Part shown: positions 10,873 to 20,823 of the stretch, one piece after another
How the letters are laid out: every line of letters starts with the position of its first letter
How positions within the stretch are numbered: the first letter of the stretch is position 1
Origin: Wolbachia endosymbiont of Cimex lectularius
Lineage (GTDB): Bacteria > Pseudomonadota > Alphaproteobacteria > Rickettsiales > Anaplasmataceae
Length of the DNA stretch: 32,000 nt
NCBI RefSeq assembly: GCF_000829315.1
Contig: NZ_AP013028.1
Location: 720,001-752,000 of the forward strand
Direction: 5' to 3'
Made by a program: the position numbers and the translations under genes
The notes under the pieces: generated by a model
What the model was told of the DNA's origin: nothing
Database searches by the model: none
Seen by the model: only the letters and a program-made list of their open reading frames with translations

Positions 10873-13392
10873 TCAAGCTTTCAGTTCCTCAAACACTTCA
10901 CTTGCTCTGTCAAGTACAGAATCAGGAAAGCCAGCGAGCTTTGCTACATGTATCCCATATGATTCATCTGCAACACCCTCAACTACTTCATGGAGAAAGA
11001 TTACTTTTCCGTTCCATTCTTTTATTTTCACACAAAAACATTTCACGTTCTTCAAGTATTTGCTTACTTTAGTTAGTTCATGATAATGAGTTGCAAAAAT
11101 GGCGCGGCACTTGTTTACATTGTGGATATGTTCAATCACTGCCTGAGCAATAGATAAGCCGTCATATACCCCTGTGCCTCTGCCGATTTCATCAAGTATC
11201 ACCAAGGAACGATCTGTTGCCTGATTGACTATGGTTGCTGTTTCAATCATCTCTACCATGAAGGTGGAATAACCAGCTGTTATATTATCTGTTGCACCAA
11301 CCCTGCTGAATATCTTGTCAATCACACCAATACGTGCACTATCTGCTGGCACAAATGACCCCATATGAGCTAAAATTGCGATGAGAGCGTTTTGCCTTAG
11401 AAAAGTGCTTTTTCCAGCCATATTAGGACCAGTGATTAGATGTATACCAGCTAAGTTAATGTTATTTGCGATAAACTTATCGTTAACTTCAACCACTGGG
11501 TGTCTTCCGCTGCAGATATTGAATTCTTTGCTATTATCAATAATGGGTTTTACGTAATTATTTTGCACTGCGAGCTCTGCAAATGCAGTTCGGATATCAA
11601 GTTTTGCCAAGGCATTTGCAGCGAGAGCAATCTTTTCAGATTCTTTAGCGATTTTACTACATAGTTCACTGAAAATTTTCATTTCTAAGCTGATTACAGC
11701 GTCACGTGCCGTGAGAATCTTATTCTCCAGTTCTTTCAATTCATTAGTAGTGTAGCGCATGCTATTTGCTAAGCTTTGCCTGTGAATAAATATGTCCGAG
11801 GTTAATTTATGATTTGCTGACACTTCAATGTAATAACCAATGATGTTGTTGTGCAATATTTTCAGTGCGGCAATGCCAGTCAGATCACGATAAGATTCTC
11901 GGAGTTTGGTTATCAATTTGTTGCTATTGTTGAGCACATAGGATAACTCTGATAATTCTTGGTTATACTTGGGGTTGATAAATCCTCCTTCCTTTGCGGA
12001 ACTTAGGTTGTTGTCAAGCACAGCGTCGTTTAGAAGCTCGAACAATTCTTTGTGATTGCCAAGGCTTTTATGTATTGTGCTAAGTTCACTCTCATCACTG
12101 CTTATCATCTGAGCAGTAGACACTGTTTCTTTTTCCTTTGATTCTACTGTCAAGCACTGGAATGACATCTGAAGGCTAGCTGCTGGTTTTTCACTTAAGT
12201 GATAACTATGTAAGGTGGACAGAAACTCGGACAACTCTAACGTTTTCCCAAGGCCTATTTTTAATAGGTTCATGTCCTTTGGTGAGCCACGCCCTAACAT
12301 TAAACGTGATAGTGACCTTTCAATATCTGGAATGTTAGATAATATCTCCCGTATTTTTTTGCGTGCTTCATGGCTGTTTACAAAAAATTCAACGGTGCCG
12401 AGTCTCAAATTAATCGCCTTAGGACAAGCAAGTGGTGATGCAAGCATTTGTTTGAGCAGGCGTCCACCAGAAGCTGTAACTGTGTGGTCAATAACTGAAA
12501 TCAGTGAACCCTTCTTTTCACCAAATTGAGTTGAAAACAACTCAAGATTTCTCCTTGCTGAAGCATCGATAAGCATGAAACTTTGTTGCCTGTAGGGCTT
12601 TGGCAGCTCAAGCCTTGGAATGGAACCCCTTTGAGTTACTCTGACATATTCAAGTAGCGCACCACATGCCACAACCTCCACTTTGCTGAAGTTTCCTATA
12701 ACTCCAAGCTCCCTGATTTTATAAAATTCGCACAGCGTTCTGTGAGACTTGTTATACTCAAAAAAACTCTGGGCATGCTGCGTAATTGATATTTTATAAT
12801 TTTTTAAAATTGACCTGATTTTTTCATCCTCAGCGAGCTTCTCGGAAATTAATAATTCTTTTGGTGATACACGCAATAAATCACTATCTAGGGCTTTCAA
12901 ATTCGTTAAAGTGTGAAAGAATTTTCCCGTTGATAGCTCAAGCCAGCCAATAGCATACTCTCCATTTTGTTCGACTATGGATGCAAGATAATTATTGCTT
13001 TTATCCTCCAGCAGCGAATCTTCGATAATTGTGCCTGGAGTTACAATTCGCACTACATCACGCTTTACTATGGATTTATAGCCCCTCCTTTTTGCTTCAT
13101 CAGCAGTTTCTAATTGATCGCAGATTGCAACTTTGAATCCTAAATCTATCAGTTTGTGCAGGTAAGATTCACTACTGTGTGCTGGCACTCCACACATTGG
13201 TATGTCTTGCCCGTATGAATTACCTCTTTTAGTGAGTACTATATTCAGCAGCTTTGCAGCTTTAACGGCATCATCGAAAAACAATTCATAGAAATCTCCC
13301 AGTCTATAGAACAACAGATGATCCTTATATTGAGCTTTCAGGTTTAAATATTGCTCCATCACAGGAGTGTTTTTTTCTCTTACAAAGTTCAT
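10873..13392 (-). CDS. mutS: DNA mismatch repair protein MutS
   Basis: 839 aa; [34 protein letters not shown], Walker [49 protein letters not shown]. Confidence 0.96.
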   Translation of the reverse strand: MNFVREKNTPVMEQYLNLKAQYKDHLLFYRLGDFYELFFDDAVKAAKLLNIVLTKRGNSYGQDIPMCGVPAHSSESYLHKLIDLGFKVAICDQLETADEAKRRGYKSIVKRDVVRIVTPGTIIEDSLLEDKSNNYLASIVEQNGEYAIGWLELSTGKFFHTLTNLKALDSDLLRVSPKELLISEKLAEDEKIRSILKNYKISITQHAQSFFEYNKSHRTLCEFYKIRELGVIGNFSKVEVVACGALLEYVRVTQRGSIPRLELPKPYRQQSFMLIDASARRNLELFSTQFGEKKGSLISVIDHTVTASGGRLLKQMLASPLACPKAINLRLGTVEFFVNSHEARKKIREILSNIPDIERSLSRLMLGRGSPKDMNLLKIGLGKTLELSEFLSTLHSYHLSEKPAASLQMSFQCLTVESKEKETVSTAQMISSDESELSTIHKSLGNHKELFELLNDAVLDNNLSSAKEGGFINPKYNQELSELSYVLNNSNKLITKLRESYRDLTGIAALKILHNNIIGYYIEVSANHKLTSDIFIHRQSLANSMRYTTNELKELENKILTARDAVISLEMKIFSELCSKIAKESEKIALAANALAKLDIRTAFAELAVQNNYVKPIIDNSKEFNICSGRHPVVEVNDKFIANNINLAGIHLITGPNMAGKSTFLRQNALIAILAHMGSFVPADSARIGVIDKIFSRVGATDNITAGYSTFMVEMIETATIVNQATDRSLVILDEIGRGTGVYDGLSIAQAVIEHIHNVNKCRAIFATHYHELTKVSKYLKNVKCFCVKIKEWNGKVIFLHEVVEGVADESYGIHVAKLAGFPDSVLDRASEVFEELKA

Positions 13393-13698
13393 AATGTTTT
13401 TTATACGTTGATAGCTTCAGCTTTATCGTATGGATAACATAAAATCTAAATAGAAGCCTACACAAAAGCAAGATTGCTCGTTTCTTTAGAAAAACTGTAC
13501 ATATGTAATGAATCTTTTGCAGCCTCTTCTATAAGCTATATCAGCCATGCTAAAATTATATGGAATTTTGACTTTTTGAAAAGTCTAAACTGCTATTCGT
13601 GAAAGGTATGCATGATTGCATAAATTGGTTATGCAAAAGATCTATTAATTGCAAAATTTAATATAAGTGTTAAAATATGGCTACTGAGTAAAAAATAT

Positions 13699-14898
13699 AT
13701 GCTAATTAGTACAACGTCAGATCTGGGAGACATATATGAGGAGTTGACAGCAAAAAAGCCAAAATTTATAGCAGTTGACACGGAGTTTCTTAGAAACAAT
13801 TTAACCTATTATCCAAAATTGTCGTTAATTCAAATTTCTTACGGAAGTAAGAGTTTTGTTGTAGATGCGCTAGTGCCAGAAATTGATTTATCATTTATTA
13901 AGAAAATAATGCTAAACCGCGAGATAATTAAGGTGTTTCATAGCTGCCGGCAGGACATAGAATCTTTATTCACCGCATTCAAATGCATTCCCACTCCTAT
14001 TTTTGATACCCAAGTTGCTGCTATGTTTTGTCATTATTATCATGACTTCATTGGTTACTCAAAAGTGGTGGAGCAATATCAAGGGGTGGTATTAGATAAA
14101 ATTAAAGCTAAAAATTCAGACTGGTTAAAGCGTCCACTTTCTGAGGATCAATTAGACTATGCAATAAGCGATGTGGTGCATCTATATGACCTACACCAGA
14201 TATTGCGCAATAAACTTGAAGAAAAGAGTAGAATAGGCTGGTTTCGGGAAGAGATGGAAGCAGTGGTTGATATAAATAAGTATTTGTGTAGTCCAAAAGA
14301 TGCATGGAGGAGGATTAAATTTAATTACGAGGCAAATCCAAGATTGATACTAACTGTTAAAGCAGTTAGTGAGTGGCAAGAGACCTTAGCACAGCGCTAT
14401 AATGTGAATCGTAATAAAATAATTAATAATGCTGTAATAGCTGGCTTTATTGAAAAAAACGTGGAGCGTGTTGACGAGATTTTAGAAGATCTCAGAAAGA
14501 ACATGAAAAATATAAAGGAGGAAGATCTATTAGAATTTATAGATATTTTCAATGAGAATGAGAAAGACTTTATGCAGCAAGATTATACTCCGTTAAGCAG
14601 TTATGATAGATCTGTGCTTGATATACTCTCGATTGTTCTAGAGAGCGAATGTAAGGAAAACGGCATATCAAGAAAATTGGTTTCGTCAAAAGATGAATTG
14701 GCTGGGTCAATATCCGGGCAGACAGATAAACTATTTAAAGGGTGGAGGTATGACTTTTTTGGCAGGTCAATTGAGTCATTTTTAAACGCAGGCTCAAGGT
14801 TTGAAATTTCAGTAGTGAAATCCACAAATAATACAACCAAGATTCGAAGTGATTTGGTGAAGGCAAATTGTAAGTTGAAATCAACTGCTGAGATTTAA
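13699..14898 (+). CDS. rnd: Ribonuclease D
   Basis: 399 aa; FIAVDTEFLRNNLTYYPKLSLIQIS (DEDD exonuclease), IKVFHSCRQDIE, DWLKRPLSEDQLDYAISDVVHLYDLH. Confidence 0.93.
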   Translation: MLISTTSDLGDIYEELTAKKPKFIAVDTEFLRNNLTYYPKLSLIQISYGSKSFVVDALVPEIDLSFIKKIMLNREIIKVFHSCRQDIESLFTAFKCIPTPIFDTQVAAMFCHYYHDFIGYSKVVEQYQGVVLDKIKAKNSDWLKRPLSEDQLDYAISDVVHLYDLHQILRNKLEEKSRIGWFREEMEAVVDINKYLCSPKDAWRRIKFNYEANPRLILTVKAVSEWQETLAQRYNVNRNKIINNAVIAGFIEKNVERVDEILEDLRKNMKNIKEEDLLEFIDIFNENEKDFMQQDYTPLSSYDRSVLDILSIVLESECKENGISRKLVSSKDELAGSISGQTDKLFKGWRYDFFGRSIESFLNAGSRFEISVVKSTNNTTKIRSDLVKANCKLKSTAEI

Positions 14899-15474
14899 CG
14901 AGTCTACTATATCTTTTATTTGAGAAAGGACGTGTTCTTTACTTGCACTGTTGTCGATGGTAAAGTCACTCATCAGCCTTTTTTCTGCAATGGGTAGCTG
15001 GATATTGGAAATTCGATCCAGCTTTTCTTTATCTATATTACGTTCATTGAGTATTTGAGCTTGCACAGCACTATCTGCATGGACGAAAATGATAAAGTTG
15101 CAATATAAACGAAATCTCGTTTCCAGCAAGAGTGGAATGTCTAGAACTAGAAGTTTTCTATCGGTCTTTTTTTCCTGAGCAATGAAAATTTCTAGCTCAT
15201 TTCGCACAGCGGAGTGAACTAAAGATTGAAATTGCATCCAATTTTCATCATGGACTAAGAAATATTTAAACAATACCTCCTTGTCTATTTCACCATTTAC
15301 TACTACTCCGGGAAAATTTTCTTTTGCGTAACTCATTATGTTCTTATCTACTTTATAAAGCTGATGTACAACAGAATCAGCATCAAACACAGCAGCACCA
15401 AACTCTTTAAAACAATTGGCTACAAAGCTCTTTCCTACTCCAATTCCACCTGCTAAACCTATAATCATAAGCAA
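14881..15474 (-). CDS. coaE: Dephospho-CoA kinase
   Basis: 197 aa; MIIGLAGGIGVGKSFVANCFKEFGAAVFDADSVVHQLY, LLVLDIPLLLET. Start probably at the internal Met of MLMIIG; converges with rnd with 18-bp overlap. Confidence 0.92.
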   Translation of the reverse strand: MLMIIGLAGGIGVGKSFVANCFKEFGAAVFDADSVVHQLYKVDKNIMSYAKENFPGVVVNGEIDKEVLFKYFLVHDENWMQFQSLVHSAVRNELEIFIAQEKKTDRKLLVLDIPLLLETRFRLYCNFIIFVHADSAVQAQILNERNIDKEKLDRISNIQLPIAEKRLMSDFTIDNSASKEHVLSQIKDIVDSLNLSS

Positions 15475-15611
15475 AAAAACACATAGCTATATCTATAGTA
15501 GCTGCTCTTTGTTTACATGTCTATTTAAAATCCAATTTTGGCTGTGGAGGTTCTAACGATGTCAAGAGAAAATAAACAGCTATTATTTTTTTAGTAATTA
15601 AGTAAAATAGA

Positions 15612-17036
15612 ATGAAAGATTATGAGGAAGTTTTGAAAAATAAGATAAAAAAAATAATGATTTCAGGAAAGGAAGTGTGGCCAATTATCGAGGGCGGCAA
15701 AGGCATTGCAATTAGTGACGGAAGATCAAGTGGAGCATTTGCTGCAGCAGATGCTGTGGGTACATTTTCTGGTGCAAATGCTAAGCTTATTGATGATAAC
15801 GGCGAGTTAGTACCACTGATTTACAAAGGCAAAACAAGAAATGAAAAACATGAGGAATTGATTGAGTATAGTATCAAGGCTGGAGTTAGTCAGGCAAGAA
15901 TAGCGAATGAAATATCACAAGGCCATGGAAGAATACACATGAATGTGCTTTGGGAGATGGGAGCAGCAGAACGTGTACTTCATGGTATATTAGAAAAGGC
16001 AAAAGGCTTAGTTCATGGTATTACCTGCGGTGCTGGCATGCCTTACAGGCTCGGAGAAATTGCAGCCAAATATCAGGTTTATTATTACCCTATTATTTCA
16101 TCAGTACGCGCTTTTAAAGCATTGTGGAAGCGTGCTTACCAAAAAGTATCCTCTTTTTTGCTTGGCGGAGTAGTGTATGAAGACCCATGGCTTGCTGGAG
16201 GACATAACGGACTCAGTAATAGCGAAGACCCAAAACTTCCACAAGCTCCATTTGAGAGGGTTGTAGAACTTAGATCTTTCATGAACGAGATCGGTCTTTC
16301 GGAAACGCCAATTGTTATGGCGGGGGGAGTGTGGCATTTGAAAGATTTGGAACGTTGGTTTGACAATTCACAAATTGGACCAATAGCTTTTCAGTTTGGC
16401 ACTCGTCCACTTTTGACGAAGGAAAGTCCAAATTCTACGGAGTGGAAAAAGAAGCTACTCACTTTAGAAGAAGGTGACGTATTTTTGAATAAATTCAGTC
16501 CAACAGGATTTTACTCATCTGCAGTGCGAAATAACTTCATACGTGAGTTACAGGAACGGAACTCACGTCAAATAAAATTTTCAGAGAGTGCCAGCGAAGA
16601 ATTCAATAGTGAATTTGCAATGGGTAGCAGAGGTAGAAAGATTTACCTCACTGCAAAAGATAAAGAACTGGCAAACACGTGGACTAGGGCGGGATATACA
16701 GAAGTAATGAAAACTCCAGATACAACTGTGATTTTTGTGACGCCAGACAAATTTGCGGAGATAAGACAAGATCAGATCAATTGCATGGGATGTTTGAGCC
16801 ATTGTCTGTTTAGCAATTGGAAAGATCATGGTGACCATTTAACAGGACGAAAGCCGGATCCACGGAGTTTCTGTATACAAAAGACACTACAAAACATTAT
16901 ACACGATGGTGATATTGAAAATGAACTAATGTTTTCCGGACACAATGTGTATAAATTCAAGCAGGATCCGTTTTATGAGAATGGTTACGTGCCAACGGTA
17001 AAAGAGTTGGTGGAAAGAATACTGACTGGATATTAA
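15612..17036 (+). CDS. Nitronate monooxygenase / 2-nitropropane dioxygenase-family (FMN TIM-barrel) protein
   Basis: 474 aa; LVHGITCGAGMPYRLGEIAAKY, PWLAGGHNGLSNSEDP, PIVMAGGVWHLKDLERWFDNSQIGPIAFQFGTRPLLTKES. Confidence 0.8.
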   Translation: MKDYEEVLKNKIKKIMISGKEVWPIIEGGKGIAISDGRSSGAFAAADAVGTFSGANAKLIDDNGELVPLIYKGKTRNEKHEELIEYSIKAGVSQARIANEISQGHGRIHMNVLWEMGAAERVLHGILEKAKGLVHGITCGAGMPYRLGEIAAKYQVYYYPIISSVRAFKALWKRAYQKVSSFLLGGVVYEDPWLAGGHNGLSNSEDPKLPQAPFERVVELRSFMNEIGLSETPIVMAGGVWHLKDLERWFDNSQIGPIAFQFGTRPLLTKESPNSTEWKKKLLTLEEGDVFLNKFSPTGFYSSAVRNNFIRELQERNSRQIKFSESASEEFNSEFAMGSRGRKIYLTAKDKELANTWTRAGYTEVMKTPDTTVIFVTPDKFAEIRQDQINCMGCLSHCLFSNWKDHGDHLTGRKPDPRSFCIQKTLQNIIHDGDIENELMFSGHNVYKFKQDPFYENGYVPTVKELVERILTGY

Positions 17037-17255
17037 GTCAGTGGCTATTGTAGAAATTTTCACCTTATAAAATTTCACTACCTGCTTTAACAAGTTTTTC
17101 TGCCATACCCTGATTTGGATTAGGCCCAAGCTAACAAGAAGGCGTAAAACTACACGGAAAAATAAGCATCAGTGGTAGAGAACTGCTAAATTTTTATTGA
17201 CTTGTTTATAGATTATGGTAACCACTTAGGGATTAGTGAGTAGTAATTATGCTAT

Positions 17256-18335
17256 ATGGGCTGGGATATATCAAGTAAGCAATCTGTAAATTCAAATGAA
17301 TTAAAAGATGATCAACAAGTTAAAAATGCAATATATGATACAAATGAGTACGGTAAAAAGCTTGCTGAAGAATGTGCAGGATCCGTGTTGCCAGATCAAG
17401 AGATACAGTGCAGTCAAGAGTGTATAGGAAATGTAGGCAGTCCAGCTGTCTTAGGTGGAAAAAAGCCTGCACGGTATTTTTCTAATCAGATGCATAACTT
17501 TGACGGCGGTGCTTTGACAGACCAAGCCGGCTTACAAAATTCAGAGTCTGATTACCGTTTGGGTCAGGATAGTGAACAACAAATTCTGGGGAGCAATGTA
17601 ATAACTAGTCTTTATAATTTACTTGATCCTTTAGAGTTGTTTCGTGAAGGATTGAGTAGAAGTAAAGATAGGCAAACTTTTAATAGTATCAAACCAAAAT
17701 TGCCAGCAGCTGACTATACAGGAGAAAGTAGTGATCAAAAAACTCTTACAGACAATACAAGTGAGCGCAGTACAGAAACTAAGAAAAGTAGTGGATGGAG
17801 CTCACGGCACGTTAATCAAGAAACTCGTTGGTCAGACGAAAATGGCGAGGGGCTAGATGCTAGGTCTAATTCTGAAGAGTGTCCGTCACCAGATACTGGC
17901 TCTAATAAAGGGTGTAGCCCACCACCAGACACTGATTCTGATTCAAGTGATGGAGATTCAGAAGAATGTAGCTCCATTGATGATAATCAGACAGTTTGTA
18001 CAAGTGATTGGGGCTCAGAGGGAGACTCGAGTGGCAGCTTAGATTATTTTTCTCTTCTGGAACTCCTAGAAAAAGACCCACCGTTAGCAGAAATACCATT
18101 AGCTGAAGATGAAAAGGAATTGATTAAAGATTTTTGTGAGAAGATAAAAGGTGTTAGGGAGGAAAACGGCCAAGAATACCAAAAGAATCTGTATAATCAG
18201 AGTATAAATTGTACGAGAAATGCTTTAAAGCGTATAAAAGATTTAGTAGATAATTTGCCACAAGAGATAAGGTTAAACTCACTCTGTGATGGTCATGAAT
18301 ATACTGTATCGGGTTTAGTACTTGAGGTAATATTA
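17256..18335 (+). CDS. Acidic, low-complexity hypothetical protein, 3' end displaced by IS insertion (probably truncated)
   Basis: Track ORF 17256..18347, but its last four codons (EPV-stop) are IS terminal sequence. Ser/Asp/Glu-rich centre (EECPSPDTGSNKGCSPPPDTDSDSSDGDSEECSSIDDN). Confidence 0.6.
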
Positions 18336-18658
18336 GAACCTGTTTAAAATCTTGGAAATGTGAGGTAAAGTAAGCATAGATTAATAATGAGGTGTCTATG
18401 CAGAAAAGTTATCCAAGTAATATAAGTCAAGAGCAGTTTGAAAAAATCAGGCCAATTTTGGAGAGTAGCAAGCAGAAAACAAAACCAAGAAAACTTGATT
18501 TGTATGACGTATTTTGTGGGGTGTTGTACGTCTTAAAAAGTGGTTGTCAGTGGAGGATGTTACCAAAGGGTTTTCCAAGATGGGAAAGCGTATATTACTA
18601 TTTTCGAGTGTGGAGTAAAAAGAATGGAGAAGAGCCAAGCTTGTTGGAATTAGTCTTA
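18336..18658 (+). mobile_element. Partial IS5-family element (left end plus truncated ORF1)
   Basis: Starts GAACCTGTTTAAAATCTT after TTA; encodes MSMQKSYPSNISQEQFEKIRPI...PSLLELVL, matching the full copy, and ends abruptly at GTCTTA. Confidence 0.9.
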
Positions 18659-18666
18659 GAACCTGT

Positions 18667-19195
18667 TTAAAATCTTCGTAACAGGAGAGAAATGAAGGAG
18701 AGGACTATCATCTGTAAGCTAGTGTTGAGCTTCCGCTCGCAATTTTTCCACAATCGCCTGCACTTTTCTAACCAGGCAAAAGAGCGTTCAACAACCCATC
18801 TTTTTGGCAATACAACGAAAGTGTGTAACTCACTTCGCTTTATTACTTCAACAGTCGCACCAATGATAGCTTTTATTTGTGTTGCAAAATTTTCTCCTGT
18901 GTAGCCAGCATCAACCAGTATGTTTTTAACTTCAGAGAGGTTTGCTTTAGCATTTTCGACCATTTTCACAGCACTGCTACGGTCAGTTGCTTCTGCCGTT
19001 GTTACATAAATTGCATGTGGCAAACCTTGTGTATCAACTGCAATATGGCGCTTTATCCCTGAAATCTTTTTACCTGCATCATAGCCTTTTTTTTCAGCAG
19101 TATCTGCGTTTTTAACGCTTTGAGAATCAATTATACAAAAGCTAGTTTTCTCTTTCCGACCATTGCTGATACGGACCTCTCCAACTAATTTTTTT
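18667..19195 (-). CDS. IS5-family transposase, ORF2 (DDE catalytic part), frame opens after the TAA at the A8 run
   Basis: Continuous reading upstream of the track's TTG start: KKLVGEVRISNGRKEKTSFCIIDSQSVKNADTAEKKGYDAGKKISGIKRHIAVDTQGLPHAIYV... Confidence 0.85.
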
Positions 19196-19462
19196 TAAGA
19201 CTAATTCCAACAAGCTTGGCTCTTCTCCATTCTTTTTACTCCACACTCGAAAATAGTAATATACGCTTTCCCATCTTGGAAAACCCTTTGGTAACATCCT
19301 CCACTGACAACCACTTTTTAAGACGTACAACACCCCACAAAATACGTCATACAAATCAAGTTTTCTTGGTTTTGTTTTCTGCTTGCTACTCTCCAAAATT
19401 GGCCTGATTTTTTCAAACTGCTCTTGACTTATATTACTTGGATAACTTTTCTGCATAGACAC
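19142..19462 (-). CDS. IS5-family transposase, ORF1 (N-terminal domain)
   Basis: MSMQKSYPSNISQEQFEKIRPILESSKQKTKPRKLDLYDVFCGVLYVLKSGCQWRMLPKGFPRWESVYYYF, typical DUF4096-like IS5 N-terminus. Confidence 0.88.
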   Translation of the reverse strand: MSMQKSYPSNISQEQFEKIRPILESSKQKTKPRKLDLYDVFCGVLYVLKSGCQWRMLPKGFPRWESVYYYFRVWSKKNGEEPSLLELVLKKISWRGPYQQWSEREN

Positions 19463-19520
19463 CTCATTATTAATCTATGCTTACTTTACCTCACATTTCC
19501 AAGATTTTAAACAGGTTCTT

Positions 19521-19652
19521 ATGGATATTGCTAGAAAAATCGGTGTAAGATATGCGACTCTTTCTGCGTCAAGTGGTTCAGGATATCGAATCTATGAGCG
19601 CTTGGGGTTTCATACGTTTGGTCAATTTGAGTGTTTTGAATGGAGGAATTAA
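19521..19652 (+). pseudogene. GNAT N-acetyltransferase, C-terminal fragment only
   Basis: Translation from 19521: MDIARKIGVRYATLSASSGSGYRIYERLGFHTFGQFECFEWRN*, a typical GNAT C-terminus; the N-terminal part is missing beyond the IS. Confidence 0.72.
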
Positions 19653-19654
19653 AG

Positions 19655-20062
19655 ATGAAAATTGAGCATACTACGTCCCCAAACAATAGAGATATTGAAT
19701 TCCTGTCCAAAAAGATCAGTGAAGAAACCGCCAATAAAAGCACATGTAACCCATTCGCTTTTTTTATTCACGATGATGCTAGACAAATTATTGCAGGCTG
19801 TGGCGGTTTTATTATCTATGGTTCAATTTACACTGATCTGCTTTGGGTGCATCACTACCATAGGAAAAAAGGTATGGGAAAGCAGTTAATGGAAAAAGTT
19901 CATGATTATGGTCGAGAAATGCACTGTAAAATAGCAACTGTTGCAACCATGAATTTTCAGAGAGTAAGAGCATTCTATGAAAAACTTGGATATGAGTGCG
20001 ATCTTGTACGCCCAGGGTATGTTGGTGGAGCAACATGTATATTTTTGAAGAAAGTATTGTAG
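19655..20062 (+). CDS. GNAT family N-acetyltransferase
   Basis: 135 aa; IYTDLLWVHHYHRKKGMGKQLMEKVHDYGREMHCKIATVATMNFQRVRAFYEKLGYECD. GGAGG lies 8 nt upstream of the 19655 ATG (the track ORF starts at 19640). Confidence 0.88.
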   Translation: MKIEHTTSPNNRDIEFLSKKISEETANKSTCNPFAFFIHDDARQIIAGCGGFIIYGSIYTDLLWVHHYHRKKGMGKQLMEKVHDYGREMHCKIATVATMNFQRVRAFYEKLGYECDLVRPGYVGGATCIFLKKVL

Positions 20063-20139
20063 TGCGCGGTATTTCTAACGTTGGTGATACCAATTCCACT
20101 ACACAGAAAGCGGACAGACAACAGTGGAAAAAAGCTACC

Positions 20140-20431
20140 CAATAGAAACAAAAAAACTACTTGACAAACTCCTTTAGTTCCCTTATCATAGTGTTGAAGC
20201 TATTTGTTTAACTTCCCAATCTGTACAGGTTAAAATGACAAGAGAGCTTGTATTTGGCGTACTATTGTTTAATTTTTCGCACTATGTGCACTGCATGTCT
20301 TTTTAAAACTTCGGGTTTTTACCCATACAAGCTGAAACGCGCTTATAAGTCGTTTAAGACATCACCCAACGCCGGATTTTAAAATAGAGAGTGGAATAAC
20401 TAGCTACCTCGGGGTTTTATTGTCCTTTTTC
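20140..20431 (+). repeat. Promoter-bearing intergenic repeat, copy D
   Basis: TTGACA(20161-20166)-17 bp-TATCAT(20184-20189), TTTAATTTTTCGCACTATGTGCACTGCATGTCTTTTTAAAACTTC, AAGCTGAAACGCGCTTATAAGTCGTTTAA, CTAGCTACCTCGGGG. Confidence 0.88.
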
Positions 20432-20498
20432 TCTGTCTGGTAAATTTCTTAAATATTATAGCTTAGACTAGTTGCGTTTAAAAGCAGCTAAATTTCAG

Positions 20499-20565
20499 CA
20501 TTTAAGACATAAAAACGCCAATACTAAAAATAAATACCGACCAGGGCTTCTTTTGCTTTTTTCTC
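20499..20565 (+). repeat. Extra 3' module of the same repeat family
   Basis: TTTAAGACATAAAAACGCCAATACTAAAAATAAATACCGACCAGGGCTTCTTTTGC, matching the ends of copies B and E. Confidence 0.7.
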
Positions 20566-20823
20566 CATTTGGTAAGTTTCTTAAGTATTTATTACTAAAG
20601 TAGTATCCTGGAATGACAAGAAGGGAGTACTTGGATGACACACTTTGTTGTGAGCTCACTTTTACTCTATGATTACCTTTTTAGAGCATCTTGTCTATCC
20701 ATTTCACCATTACGCTGAAATGGTACTTTCCTGTGATTTCAAACATTCGGTAAGTGTACAGTCCGCACAGGTTACAAGGTAAAGAAACAACGTCTACGAG
20801 TAAAATTTCACATTACCACTTTT

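Larger units (their letters stand above)
18659..19518 (-). mobile_element. Complete 860-bp IS5-family insertion sequence (IS427/IS1031-like)
   Basis: 18-bp inverted ends GAACCTGTTTAAAATCTT at both termini, TTA next to each end, two ORFs forming a DDE transposase (IIDSQSVKNAD; LVDAGYTGENF; VVERSFAWLEKCRRLWKNCERKL). Confidence 0.92.

Noticed and set aside
17857-18099. Small ORFs on both strands inside the 17256 ORF
   Set aside because: Alternative frames of the low-complexity acidic region, with no start context or family signal.
18392-18670. 92-aa ORF MSMQKSYPSNISQ...LELVLEPV
   Set aside because: Not an independent gene: truncated IS ORF1 whose last codons are the end of the adjacent IS.
18333-19521. 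Simple IS insertion with TTA target duplication in the 17256 gene
   Set aside because: TTA flanks both outer ends, and removing the IS keeps the frame for 8 codons (WILLEKSV*). But the right flank is GNAT coding sequence in another frame, so the matching TTA more likely reflects target preference.
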